From Glycera tridactyla (taxonomy: Eukaryota), in the NCBI GenBank assembly GCA_965644265.1, contig OZ286466.1, positions 24,490,001 through 24,554,000 of the forward strand: a DNA stretch of 64,000 nucleotides, read 5' to 3'. The first letter of the stretch is position 1, and each line of letters starts with the position of its first letter. A program made the translations under genes and the position numbers. Of the stretch, positions 35,001-49,660 are shown piece after piece. Below the pieces are notes generated by a model, which worked only from the letters and a program-made list of their open reading frames with translations, ran no database searches and was not told the origin of the DNA.

Positions 35001-38000
35001 ATTGAGGCCATGTTGAGACACAATAAAGAGCCAGAACCAGTGCCATTTAGTAACCAGGAGGAGATGCCTCCCATGCCGCGAAGACCTGTTGATCAGGAGC
35101 CACCCCCGTCACCCGGCATGAATGCACATTACCAACCCCCTCTTCCCGCCGCGCCCAGTCTTCCTCCTCCACCATTACCACCAATTCCTGGCCACCATCC
35201 ACCACCACCCATGGACGAATTACCACCACCCCCACCTCTACCGCCTGAACCAGATATGAATGCCCCGCCACCTCCCGAACCTGAACTTGAAGAAGTACAC
35301 CGCCCGGCAACAATGTCGCTTGAAGAACGAATAAAGGCACTGACTGGAGGTGCTTTAGACAGTGACCAGACAGACCAGGAGAGTCAGGAGGATGAACCAG
35401 AATCCCATAGAGCAGCCCCAGTAGGACGGCATCGATCGACGGGTGATGGGGAGAATGATGATGATCGTATGAGTTTGTCATCCATCAGTAGCGGCGATGA
35501 AAAACTCGAGTTGAACATCACCAGTGGAGAGCAGCCATCAGCAAACACCAATGCACCTGCCCAATTCCCTGCTAGCATACAGCAAGGATTTGTACCGGAC
35601 TTCAGCAAGCCGCCCCCGAACTTCATGACGCCAGGAATGTGGAATCAGCAAGCTTACAACAACACTTACAACAATGCACTCAATAATCAAGCCAACCTCG
35701 CAGCCAATCAACTTCAGCAGGTGAGAATTGGATGAATTTCAGGAATGCTAACCTGTGCTTTAGGATATGATGTGTTTTCCGTTTTCATCAAAGCCTGAAT
35801 AAGATTTCACAAAGCCTAGGCCTTTCAGAAGCTTTTGTGATTTGCCACATAAGAGTTATTGAGTGGCTAATCTCCCGATTTTCATTTCACCTTTCAAAGA
35901 TTTTGTTCTCGTCATTAGAAGATGAAGGCTGATATCCCAGGTTGATAGTTATCTCACCATCCTTTTAATATTTCATTGAGCAGGAGAGTGAATTTTCCAC
36001 TCTTTTTTTGGTCAAAAATATAACGGGTACGTATTGCAGTAGTTTACTAGAAATTGTAAGTATTTTGTTTTCAAGTGCTTGCAACTCATGAGGGCATGTA
36101 AGTATTGAAAACACAACTCTGTAAAGAGGCATTCTTTGAGTGAAAGCATCAAAGAGAATATTTTGCAGGGATCTGTTTCATGGATCTGCTAATTTGAATG
36201 TTTTTCAAAAACATGCATATGGCTGATTATATATGTGTTCAGATCATGAAAATCGTACCAGAAATATTGAGGGAAATAGCACTGGATGTGCAGGTGATGG
36301 AACATCCTGCTTGAGTTGTGTTATAGTGTATTGTGGTATATCCAATTATTGGTGGCAATTTAATTTGGATCCTCTTATAAACATAATGAAAATGCGTCCA
36401 AACAGGTTCTCAGCATTTTGTGTTGTAGGCCAATCTCATCGCTGATTTTGGCGCAGATTACAACTATAAATCAGGATAGTTTCACATTTGATGATATCTG
36501 GCACCATGAATTTGATATTGCCCGGAATTCGGTATTGGTATCGAATTCCTGCGCAGTTTTCTTTGTGCATGACCTTTCTATCATGTTCACCCATAGGTCG
36601 CATTGACTGAGCAGGAGGAGAAATGTGAACAAGTCTTTGGTGAATCAGTCGATCGTGTTAAAGATGACCTGAAGATCATTTTTCACCGAGACATGTGTCG
36701 CAGGATGATTGAGAGTTCAGCCTTCAAACACTTTGATGTATGGTGGGCAGGAGAAGATGATAAACATAAGGTAGGATAAACTTCATCACTAACCTTGATT
36801 TACTTTCCTAGTTTGCATGGGTGGGAGCTGCTATTGTAATGTCACTTTTCAAAAACTTATGTAAAATCATATATGGTTCTTTTCGAGGAAATAATTCAGG
36901 AATTATATTGGCAAGTTGAACTCCGAAAGCTGAATTCAGCTGAAAATTTCCTGATGAAATTTGAACTCATTCCAGGAAATCTTACAGTTTGTGGCATCAT
37001 TGATTATTGAATATTTGATGCAAATGATGTCATCTCGGAGCACAATGTTGCACAATGATGAATTCGGCTGTATTCAAGGATATACTGCTGGTATTCATTT
37101 GACATCATTGCATGTTTTGGCATAAGTAGCATCCTTCGAAGTAGTGAGAATGATGGTCTTTGCACGCTTCAAAGTTGAGCCTTTTGGCAAATCGGAATGA
37201 ACAGTCTGCCTTTTGTCCACCTGCCATGACTAAAAGTCTGTGCATAGGCCAAGTGCAAGATAAAAAAGGCTTCACCAATTGAAAATTTTGAGTTTTGTTG
37301 ATTGCGAGAAATGAAATTGTTCAACACTCTTGATAATCAGGGCTCTATGTTGCTACCTGTGGGTAGCCAATGGCTACCAAATTTACCCTCTGGCTACCAA
37401 ATTTAAAAGTTAGGAGCCAGCCGCCCCTAAAATTTTGAGAAGCTGTAATTGGCAATGCAGTGATTGGCTACCAAAACTTTGCACTTGCTACCAAAAAACT
37501 CAACTTAGGAGCCAGCTGGCTCCTAAAAATTTTGGCCAACGTAGAGCCCTGATAATTCATGGAGAATATTTCACTTTGGGGAAGTTGTGTATCAATAACA
37601 TGATGATTATTTCGCGGTACGTGAAATGTTTGTTGATATTCCCAGGCACAGTTCAGCCGACCAGTGAGCTCATGGAATGCAGCATCCAACAAAGTACCCC
37701 CAGTTGGTCGAGGAATGCCAGTATCAAACAGACCTACACCTCCAAAACCAACCATCGGCAAGATCCCAACCAAGAAGGCTGACACTTCACTTTCAGCACT
37801 ATTTGAGAATAAAGAGAGCAGCAGTTTTGGGGTTGGTGGTCTGTTGGGTCTGCGTGGAGGCATCCCCAAAATGCCTTCATTCAGGGTGAGTTTATATTAG
37901 TAGCTGCATGTATTTCATAATCTCCTCAGCTTTTGCTTTGATATTCACTCCCAATTTNNNNNNNNNNNNNNNNNNNNNNNNNNNNNNNNNNNNNNNNNNN

Positions 38001-41000
38001 NNNNNNNNNNNNNNNNNNNNNNNNNNNNNNNNNNNNNNNNNNNNNNNNNNNNNNNNNNNNNNNNNNNNNNNNNNNNNNNNNNNNNNNNNNNNNNNNNNNN
38101 NNNNNNNNNNNNNNNNNNNNTTTTTTTTTTTTTTCATAATTCATAGTGAAGATGACTTTATATGTCATTACCATCAAACAATTTCAGAAATTTGGTCAGT
38201 GGAAGTAATTAGATGGCATTCTTGGGGTAAGATCATGCTAAGTACAGATCCATCATCGTGAAAAATTAAATCAAAAGATCTACTGAGTGATCCTCGCCTT
38301 TTTCAATTTCCTGCTTTGTACAAATTTCTCTTATAACCAGATTGATCGTATATATTTTGATAGGGTGCATACATTTCTCCATCATCTTCACTGTCCATGA
38401 AACTATACCCCTAAAAAAGAATAGTAGCAATGCAATGCACCAATAATATATTTTGTTTTCAGTCCAAAATATTTTGTTGGGTATCAAATCTATTCCTTCA
38501 ATCTCATGTTATCCTTCAAGTGTTGAAGTGACATTAAACATTATACCGTCAATGGATTTGCGAAAAAGTGGTCTCTAACATGAAAAGGTTGATTTTGATT
38601 TGATTACAGCGGAAAAGCTTCCGTCCTCCGTCTCCACCTGCAGAAGAGGAAGAGGGCCAGGAGAGACCACATACACCAGCACCTGAGGAAGAAGAGGAGG
38701 AATCTGGTTTGTTTAGTTTTCATTACATCCTCATCTGTGCCAAATATGATAGATCGCCAAATCATAACAGCTTAACCCTAGTTTCAAAAGTTCTATCAAG
38801 AAGCCCTTAACTGCCCAATTTTTCCTGACATCTGCTGAAATTTGGCTTGGCAACCGGTGCTTCATTTACAGCACCCCCAACCATTGAGCTAAGTAGAAGA
38901 TGATTTTGCCAAATTAAAGAATAACATGGCGCCCAGTAGTAAATAAATGGAAAGAGTATATTCTTTCTAAATCACTGGACTTGAAACCATAGGGAGATGA
39001 TTGGTGGGTTAACCATGTCATGTTAATGTTTCTATCTGCAGTAGCGGTGACCAGATATGGAAATCTCAGGAGCCAATTGTGGCTAGAAATGGCCACCATT
39101 TGTTTGTTTCATGTGCATTGTTTCAAACATGGTTTCAAATTCGAGCGTCAAATTTTAATTCACATGTGAAAGTATCAATTTGTGTAATTAAATCAAAACT
39201 TCACTGATTCCTGCAAAAAATCTGACTGATGAATGTTTTACAATCATTCCAACCCCACCTTTCTTGTGTATGATGAATCTTTTTCTCGTGTTTTGCAGAA
39301 GAGGAAGATAAAAAGTCTGAAACATCTGAAGTGGATTCACCAGTCAAAGGCAGTAAAAAGAAGAATGTCATTGATAGTGATGAGAGTGAATCCAGTGAAG
39401 GTGAGAGCTGGATAAAATTAGACATATCATCATTATCAGATATAATTGATTATTGATCGATCTTGCTAGCAACGTAGACAGTCAATTGCAGAAGAGTGGA
39501 ATCGTTTCAATCGGAACATAAGCCACAGAGATGGTGGTGGTGAGTGATGGGTGTCAGGTAGTGTAGGTTCTGGTGTTGGTGTTGGTGTTAGTGTAACCAA
39601 TGTCATGAATCAAATATAATCAATAATTTATCATTTGGGCTAACTGATAATCATTCTAGAAATGCAACCGATCACCAACACTAGTTGTAAGTAGAATTTT
39701 ATGTTTGGGCTGCTGTTATGCATCTCTGAATTCACTGTGACTATGGCATATTGGAAACGAGAGACCAAGTTTTTGGGGACAATTCTTTCAATCTGTTAGC
39801 ACTTGTTTGCTGGGCTACTTCCTTTTTGAATTTTGATTCTAATTGTTTTATAGAAGAGGAGGAGGAGGAAGAAGAGGCTGCTTCAAGTGAAGAGGAAGAA
39901 GAGGAGGAGGAGGAAGAGAGTGAAGAGTCAGAGGAGAGCGAAGATTCTGAAGAAGAGGAGGAAGAAGTGGATGAAAGCTCTCGTGCGGCTGCTGAAAAGT
40001 AAGTACAGTAAAACCTGTCTGAAGTGAAAAGTCACGGGACCAAATTTTTCTTTAACTTAAGACAGGATTTTGCCTAGCGCAGGACAATTATAGTGAGAAA
40101 AAAACATCCGGGCAGACCATGGGGTATGTGCTTAAGACAGGATTTTGCCTAGCGCAGGTTTACACTCAAGCAGGTTTCACTGTAAATGTGTCAATACATC
40201 CCCTCAGTTCTGATCAACATTTGGGATTGGTCACCATTACAGTTAAACCTGTGAGACACCCCTCATTGAACTGACCAGATTTTTTCCGTCACTTATTTCT
40301 TGACTCCGTCATTGTACCCTTGATTAGGAACCATCTGTCTTTTATGACCACCTTTTGTCATTCAGGATGGTCTCTCATCATGGATTCGGATTCACTGTAC
40401 AGGACTTGACGCTAAGGTTTTCGGCTCACTTGGCCTTCGGGCAACTACTCATTGAGATGAACTTGCCCAAATAGTGAATGTACTTTCCCCTCTTATTTGA
40501 TGAATACAAATATTTCTAGAATTCACTTGCCCTACAGGCGAGTAGTCATGGTGATTCACTTGCCCGAACAAAAATTTCACTTGCCCGGGCAATAGGGCAA
40601 CCCTTAACTTCGAGCCTTGCTGTATTGGGATGAATGTCATATCTGTATCTGTCACCTATGATCAATTGTTGAGATATCTGGCATTCTGTCCAAATTGCTT
40701 GCTTCATAAAATTGTTGTATCATCACATGGATGGCCTGAAATTTGCATCCAGTGTGTCAGGAAAAAATGTTCTATTCAACACCAGACCCTGCACCCTGGA
40801 AATCCCTTGAATTGAGACACCTCAAGTCACAGGTTTCAGTGTATTCTCCTGTTAGTGGGTGAAGATATACAGTGTGACACAGATTCATTGTATTTTATTT
40901 AGATACGAGTCTTGAATCTAGTGACCTCTGTCAAATCATTTGGAAAATTAGAGGTTGGGTGTAGCTATTTGCCAAAATTCATGAAATTTCCTGCAAGGCC

Positions 41001-44000
41001 AGCTGAATTCTCACCGAAAATCTCACAAGATGATTCCTGCAAAAAAAAACAATCGCCAACTTCTTTGTGAAATCATCAAAGGCTGACATGTTATAGTAAG
41101 AATATATGGCTGTGAAGTGAAAATCCAATACCAAACGAGGTGTGAATTTTGTCAAATCTCACGAGGCTGAAGGCCAAGTGATATTCAGCCAAATTCAAAC
41201 TGAGTTTGGCATTGCATTTTTACCTCACAGCCATATATTCTTGCTTTCATCACATGGATTAGGAGAGAAATCACCAAAAGTAGTTCCCACTCAACTGTGA
41301 AGTATCAATCGCAATATTCAAGACCTGATACTTCATTGAAAAATGTCACATCCATGTAATAATGTTTCTTATTTTGCAGGGATGACAGTCAGGTTGAGAG
41401 TAGTGATGTAGACGTCTCCGTTGACTCAACGCCAGCAACACCGAAACCTTCTGCACCTGAATCAGGAGCCAAGAAAGAAGATAAACCTGAGGAGAAGGCG
41501 AAGGCCAAGAAAGATGTCGAAGAAGAGGACGACGATGATGAGGATGATGAAGATTATGAGGAAGAGGTGGAAGAGGAAGAGGATGAGGAGGAGAGTGAAG
41601 AGTGAGTGTACTTACCCCCTGATTGATGGGACACAAGTAGTAGGGCTCTACAGTAATGATATCTGCACTTGCCATTCGGGCAGGAGATTGCAATTTTCAC
41701 CTGCCCTGCTCAACATTTCCATCGGTTCTCCATAAAATCGAAGGATAAATTATGGGTATGGACCTGCACATAGGGCAGACACTCATATCAATTCACCTGC
41801 CCTAACATATTCTGCCTGCCTGTGCCAGTAAGGCAGTCTTAAGTAGATCGCCAGGAAGCTCCGGACAGTTAAATCTGTAAGCATGCCTGCTAATGGGCAG
41901 GTCCAGTTTCAGTCTGATTATGTAGAGGAGAGCAGGTAGGAATTCCATTTCACCTGCCTGGCAGGCACCTGAAAATTCTAATGTAGAGCCCTGATTAATA
42001 ATTTTATTTGAGCTGTTCCATTCAGTAACATGTGGGAAGGGGGGCTGTCTGGATACTAGAAAAGAAAGCGCGTGGAGTTGCTGAGAAAAAGAAAGCGGGG
42101 TCAGTTGGTGGTCGATTTTTGGGGAAAGTTAGAATAAATGGAAGGGGGGGGGGGGTAATCAAAAAGTGGGTAAGAGCAGTGGTAATGAGTAAGAGATTTT
42201 GTTAACATTTGTGTTGAAAACCATGCTAAAGAGTCAAATCTGCTGACGGTCATCACTTGTTTGACCTGCCTTTCGTATGCCAGGGAATATTTAGAATTCG
42301 GGAGTAGTTGGAGACAGAAGTCACGAGTTGGTTTGTGTGGTGAAAACAAAATAGGGTTGAGGTGTCAGTCAAATAGAATTTTAAATATGGGGGTTGAAAT
42401 AAACATATATTTGTGATTTTGTGGTACAAGCTGCCAGAATGTCACCAATCAGGTGTGCAGAGGTCAAACTTTTGCACACACACTCGACCTCTTGCACCTA
42501 TTTTTGATTGGAGTACGTGTTTTGCTTTGACATGGATCATATATGGCTGTTGTAGTTCAGGGATCTTGATGGCTGATTGAAAACAATCCTAATCTTTGCT
42601 CATTTCATCACTGGAATTGTTTTACAGTGAGGAAAGTTCAGAAGAACAGGGGGAGGATGAAGATGAGGAGAAGATGGAAGTCGATATCGAAGGAGATGAA
42701 ACACCAACTAAACGTGCGCTCTCGCCAATCACTGAAGAGGTAGGAGGCAAAGGAGCAGAGAAAGAGAAGAAGAAGGCTGAAGTCATCGCCGAGAAAGAGG
42801 CTGCCGACAAAGATGGAAAAGTGTCGTTGAAAGAAAAAGCTGCAGTTGACGAGGAGGAGGAAGAGTCTGAAGATGAGGAAGAAGGAGAAATAAAAAGCCA
42901 GCCTGATGAGGTGGTGGAGTCACCTAAAAAAGTGGTGCCCGATGAGCAAAAAGAGGTAACTATCCCGCATGCTGGGTTGTTGTCATGCTTGAGCCCTAGA
43001 TATTGTTGGCCAGTTACAGAGATGCTAAGCACTGCAGTTTTGGGGTAGTGGCCAATCTTTTCAGTTTGTGGTAAAAGTGATTGCATTTTTAGTGTGATAC
43101 TGCTTAGCAAAATCAAGATTTTTTCTCGTGATTCCATTGAAAATTCTAGCACTGTTACACTTTGAAATTTGCACTTCTACTATTTTTGTCTATAAAGGTT
43201 GGCAATTCCGTGGTTTGTCATACTTAGTGATTGCCATATTCCATATTCAGATCTTGTATTTTGACTACTTGTGAGGTGCTCGTGATCCAGTGTATTTGAT
43301 GATTGGTTGAAATCAATTGGATAACCATCAATCAAAAGAAAAATCCATACTTGGTGTGAACAGACGTTTTTGGTTGGGAAAAAATTTCTATACAGATGGT
43401 GAATACACAGAAAATATTTTATATCTTTGACTCTAACAGCTGTTACCCATGATGTTTTTGAATTAATTTATGCTGTGGCCCATCAGTGCATGGCTCTCCA
43501 TCAACAGCTGTCTTTCTGGCAGTTCAAGTGTGATTTCCACCTGCCCTTCTCTTCATTTTCGCCTGCCCTCCTGCATTTTCACCTGCCCTCCTGCCTACTA
43601 TCATAGACTAAATGATATTTATGCACCTTCCCATCAATCAGGTCGATCATCAAAATTACCTACCCCAATGATTAATCTGTCCATTCGTGCCATTATGGCA
43701 GGCCAAAGTGTAGAGCCCTGCAGTGAATTATCTGCATGTGGATAAGTTTCTTAAGTACATGTCATGACCCAATTACAGTGAGTGTCAGTTAGCATTATGT
43801 CATCCTGGTTTATTGTCCACAGGTTCCCATGGAGACTGATAAACTCCCTGAAGCATCAGAAGTGGAGAAAGTTAAAGAAAACGGTGACAAAGATGTGGAA
43901 GTGTCAGCTAAGCTGATAGATGCCAAGCGAGGACTGCTTCCGTCAGATAAAGATAAAGAGTTGGATGAAGCCGCGCCAGATGTCCCCCGGGAGACAGAGG

Positions 44001-45956
44001 TAGCTCTCGAAAAGTTCACAGAGAAGGAGAAGGGAGCATTCAATGCCCTGGTGGAGATGACTATGAAATCACCACCAATTCACACAGAAAAGGTAAAGAT
44101 CCGCCTTATCACCTAGCTATCTATATGCAGAGATGCCAACCATTAAGGTTTCAGTGTAAATACTACTTTTCTGAACCAAAATTTTAGCATTTACTGTACA
44201 TGTTGAATTGGGGAAATATTTGAATAGAACTTTTCGTGTTGAATTAGGGAAATAGTTATCCCCAGCCACTAATCAAGATGTTTGGGAGTGGATTCTGTAA
44301 AAAGATGCTTTTCTCTTCTTTTTGAGGCTGACTTGCCAATTTTCTCCAATTATCAAGAATTATGCTTTGTTTCTGGTGATTGCACTTTTTGTATTGTATC
44401 TCTAATATCAGGAAGAGCTATTGCGACTGCCTGGTTTGATAATAGGAACTTTTATCTGGTTGTATGTCAAAGCTTGGCATCTTGGATTACATGAATATGC
44501 ATAATCTGGATTGGTGCAAATGGGGAGGCCCAAAACAGTGAACAAGCTAGACCAGAAAGTCTGACAATGTGGTGGCGCAACCCATCATCTTGGTTGGATA
44601 TCAAATTTGCATGGAATATTGGTGATCTGACTGAAACAATGTAGTTCTGTTTTCTGTGGTCCACCTTGGAATTTGACAGATGAAGACCACCAACCCACTT
44701 CCAATTTCATCACAGAATCGGATTGCCTCATTTATTCATGATGCTTGGATTTTCAGGATGCCGATGGTCTGGAGAAGGACGCTGTTTTGGCATTGCTGCA
44801 GATGCACGAACCAAGTCGAGGGACAGGTACGGAGTACATCATGCAGGACCAGGTGCTTAACTTCACGCCCAAACACCCAGTGGATGCAGCCAGGGAAGCG
44901 CAGCTCGCCAAAGCACAGTACACCACTGCTGCCGAACACAATTATTTCGCGCGTGCACCATCAGATGCGGGTGATAGCGATCGGACTGATTCTGCGTCGG
45001 AGGGTGAACCTGCTCTCATTGCTACGTTACCGCCCGAAATACAGCTCGATCATAACTATTGTGTATTATATCATCCAGAGGAACCGACCAGTGCTAAGTT
45101 GAAACAACGGGAAGAGCGTGATCAGCAGGCTCAGGTGCGGACTGGTGGTCGTAAAGACAAACTCGATGACATTATTGAAGCTGTGATACAACGTAGTCGA
45201 ATAGAAAAGGAAGAGAAAAATAAAACAAAAACTGTACCGCCAGTGCCACCAGGTGTCGACTCGCTTGAGGATAAGATAGAAGTCGTGCCTATTGGTGAAG
45301 CTCCTGCCCCTGAAACAACTAAAGTGACTAAAAAGAAACGAGAAAAGAAACAAAAAGAACCAAAGCTGAAAGACGTCACGAACTTGTCCATCAGTCGTGA
45401 GTTGGTCGGACTGTTGCCAGAGCCTGTCAAACCGGCGAAGCAGGCATTTTCTCTGCGATCGATGCAGGAGGAGGTGCCGGTGACTTACGATTTACTCATT
45501 CGCGGTATTGACGAGGAAGATGTTCAATATTTAAAACGTAAATATGAGGAGTTATTGCAGGAAGACTCCATACAAACTTACTGGTTAAATGATACTCATT
45601 GGGTGGACCATTGCACAACGTTGATACCGGACCCACCACCGCCACGCAAAAAACGGAAAATGAATCAAATGGATTATCTTCCCAAGTCACATTCTACAGG
45701 TAAGGGCATATTGGATCCTATATGGAAATGTCATTGTGAATACCTTCATATCTTGATGATGTTCAAATTATTTGTCACCTTTCCTGAATTCTGGAAACTT
45801 TGTTTCACATGGTGAAGTTGGTACTAGATTTGACTCTGACGGGAGACCACTTTTTCAGGGCAGCTTTTCCATTTGATGTAGTCAAACATACCTACAGGTG
45901 ACCACCTTCTTTGAGTGACCTCTTTTCAGTGACATTTAGGGGTGTGTGTAAACATG

Positions 45957-46033
<77 letters not shown>

Positions 46034-49000
46034 GTGCCTGCGTGTGCATGTGTATATGTGAAAGAAAAATATTAGTGATTCCTTTTGACAATTGGGTTGA
46101 CCAAATCAAAAAAAATTGACCCCTCTACCCACCCACCCACATTTCTAGAATCACCATACCCCTTGATTTTGGATTCCACACAGCAGCATATTGTTTACTC
46201 TAAAAGGCCCCATTTCCTAATGTTAGTTATGATTGCCCATTCCAACCGTTGAAGGCTGTTGACTACTATCTTCAGTGACTTCCCCTCCCCAATATTCCAA
46301 ACACCCCCAGAAATCTGCAGTGCCTCGTAAACTTCATGTCCTTACTCACATTCAATTTTTTTTCAGTAGCCCTGTACCCCTTGTTGAATTTTTACCTTGC
46401 CTCAACAAATTTGTGGGGAGTACTGCGGTTGCCCTGTCATCATTGTCTGTGTTCGCAGCTGCGTTAAGATCATGTAGATGTATGCAGACTGCGTGCATCC
46501 AGCTTGCTGATGATGGTCTATGTCTCATGTTCATCACTTGTTCCAATCTGGGACCCATATGTAGCAATCCACCCAAGCCCAGACAGGTGCAAACACTGAG
46601 CGGAAATCAAGCAATTACATAGTTGAATTTCCATTTCCATACAGGGGTTCATCAGTTACATATCATGAAGGTAGAGGTACAGTCAAACCTGCTCTAAAGA
46701 CCACCTCTCTATAAAGACCACCTCTCTATAAAGACCACTGGAGCTGCGACCGTGGTAGTATTTTCAACAGTAAACGACCCCTCTATAAAGACCACCTGCC
46801 CATAATGACCACTTTTTGATTGGACTGAAGGCGGTCTTTATAGACAGGTTCGACTGTATATGTCAGCTACATTCATTTGATAGCCTCTCCTGCTTCCGTC
46901 ATTTTGTGTTTATGGCATGTGAGTGATATTTGTATGAGGGTCAAGCTGTCCTGATAGATCTGTACCATTCAAACTCAACCAGTTGACACAGAATACATCA
47001 TATCAACCTACTCTCCGCAATATGTCAGTACTGATTTCTGGTCCAGAAACATTCCATTCAACCCATAGTGGTTGTACAGTGAAACCTGTGACGAGAGACC
47101 CCCGACAAGAGACACCGTTTCCACATGGCATGTTTTTTATTTGACATAATTAGATATTCCTCCAACAAGAGACCCTTTTTTTTACATTTACGGCGGTCTC
47201 TCATTGCAGGCTTCACTGTACTTGTTGAGAGCTCCAGTTTCAATGAGTATGGGCCATGAAATAAAAAATACCAATTCAAAACCCTGAAATTTTAAATGGT
47301 GTAAATGTTGATCAAAATACTGTGAATGACGCTTCATTTCATGTTTGAATTTTCTCAGGTTGTGCGCGAACTCAGGGATATTACAAGATCAGTAACAGGG
47401 AGAAGAGTAACTATCTGCACAGTGCACGAGGCGTTCAGAGCAGCGAACATCCCGACCAGAACCCGGAACAGAGGCAGCAGGTAAGTACAGGTCTCGAACC
47501 TGGTCAGTAATTGTCCCCCGCCGGAACACCGGAAGGGGGACTATAAAATAGTGAGTGTCTGTCCGTCCGTCCGTCCGTCCGTTCGTGCGTCCCTTGTCCG
47601 TCCGGTGTCCGTCCGCGCACGCCAACTTTGCGGAACCTGTATCTCTGGAACCGCTGCACCGATTCACACCAAATCAAGTTTCCTGGAAGCGTCTTGATGT
47701 GTGGGTGTGCACTGGCATGTTTATTCTGGATTTGGGCATGTGATAGCCTGCCCACGCACCGGCAGGTGAAATGTGAAAAACTTCAGGATGTCATCAGGAT
47801 TTTGCTGAACTCATATCTCCACTATGGCTGCACCGATTCACACCAAAGCAAGTTTCCTGGAAGCGTCTTGATGTGTAGGTGTGCATTGGCATGTTTATTC
47901 TGGATTTGGGCATGGTATAGCCTGCCCAGGGCAGGTGAAATGTGAAAAACTTCAGGATATCATCAGGATTTTGCGGAACTCATATCTCCACTATGGCTGC
48001 ACCGATTCACACCAAATCAAGTTTCCTGGAAGCGTCTTGATGTGTAGGTGTGCACTGGCATGTTTATTCTGGAATTGGGCATGTGATTCCCTGCCCACGG
48101 GCAGGTGAAATGTGAAACACTTCAGGATGTCATCAGGATTTTGCGGAACTCATATCTCCACTATGGCTGCACCGATTCACACCAAAGCAAGTTTCCTGGA
48201 AGCGTCTTGATGTGTAGGTGTGCACTGGCATGTTTATTCTGAATTTGGGCATGTGATTCCCTGCCCACCGGCAGGTGAAATGTGAAAAACTTCAGGATAT
48301 CATCAGGATTTTGCGGAACTCATATCTCCACTATGGCTGCACCGATTCACACCAAATCTAGTTTCCTGGAAGCGTCTTGATGTGTAGGTGTGCACTGGCA
48401 TGTTTATTCTGAATTTGGGCATGTGATTGCCTGCCCACCGGCAGGTGAAATGTGAAAAACTTCAGGATATCATCAGGATTTTGCGGAACTCATATCTCCA
48501 CTATGGCTGCACTGATTCACACCAAATCAAGTTTCCTGGAAGCGTCTTAATGTGTAGGTGTGCACTGGCATGTTTATTCTGAATTTGGGCATGTGATTGT
48601 TTGCCCACGGGCAGGTGAAATGTGAAAAACTTCAGGATGTCATCAGGATTTTGCGGAACTCATATCTCCACTATGACTGCACCGATTCACACCAAATCTA
48701 GTTTCCTAGAAGTGCCGTGATGTGTAGGTGTGCACTGGCCCATTTATTCTGGCTTCTGCCATGTGATGGGCTGCCCATGGGCAGGTGAAATGTCTGAATG
48801 CTAGGCACTCCCATCCACACTTTGCAGAATTCATATCTCCACAACCGCTCCACCGATTCACACAAAATAAAGTTTTCCTGAAGTGTCCTGATGTGTAGGT
48901 ATGCACTGGCAGATTTATTACAGATTTGTACATGCAATGGGCTGCACATGGGCAGTTGAAATATCTGAAGGACTTCAATATGGCATGCACTCTTATTTGG

Positions 49001-49613
49001 ACTTAATGGAACTCATCTCTCTAAAACGGCTTCACCGATCCACATCGAATGAACTTTCCCTGAAGTGTCTTGATGTGTAGCTGTGCACTGACATCTTTAT
49101 CATGGGTTTGGGCAAGTGATGGGTAGCATAGGCTGCCCATTGACATTTAAAATGGTCGATGGTATGGACTTATAGGAACCCATGTAGTGTGGACTGCTGC
49201 ACCAATCCACACTGAATCAACCTTTCTGGAAGCGTCTTCTTGAAGAGCTTCAAGCACTTCAGGATGGTATGCGCTGTGCAGAACCCATGTATTCAAAACA
49301 AATGCACTGATTAATACCAAATCATATCTTATTGATCTTTCTCATTGTTCATATGTGCACTGGCACATTTATTCTGGGCTTGGGCAAGTGCTGGGCTGCC
49401 CATGGGCATACTTGAAACACTCCATAATGGCATGCACATTGTCGACCCCATATGAAGAAAACCAACACATTTTTTCTGCGCAGTTCAGGAAGCAGAGGTG
49501 CTCACTGTCATAGTCCCACATCGGCGGGGGACCCCGCATCACTGATGCCTTGTTTCCATTGATCTACAAAGTGTGCCTGAGAATCACCTTTTGGAAATAC
49601 CAAGTTTATATCA

Positions 49614-49660
<47 letters not shown>

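Noticed and set aside
34027-35626. Multiple alternative-frame and antisense ORFs over the SETD1 large exon
   Set aside because: By-products of Pro/Arg/Asp low-complexity coding sequence.
47389-48990. ORFs with repeated [16 protein letters not shown] peptides
   Set aside because: Translations of the 170-bp satellite; the unit length is not a multiple of 3 and frames break.
49484-49513. Cryptic acceptor TTTTTCTGCGCAG followed by FRKQRCSLS* (poison-exon-like)
   Set aside because: Lies in the 3' end of the Helentron-like element; no supporting donor or conservation evidence.
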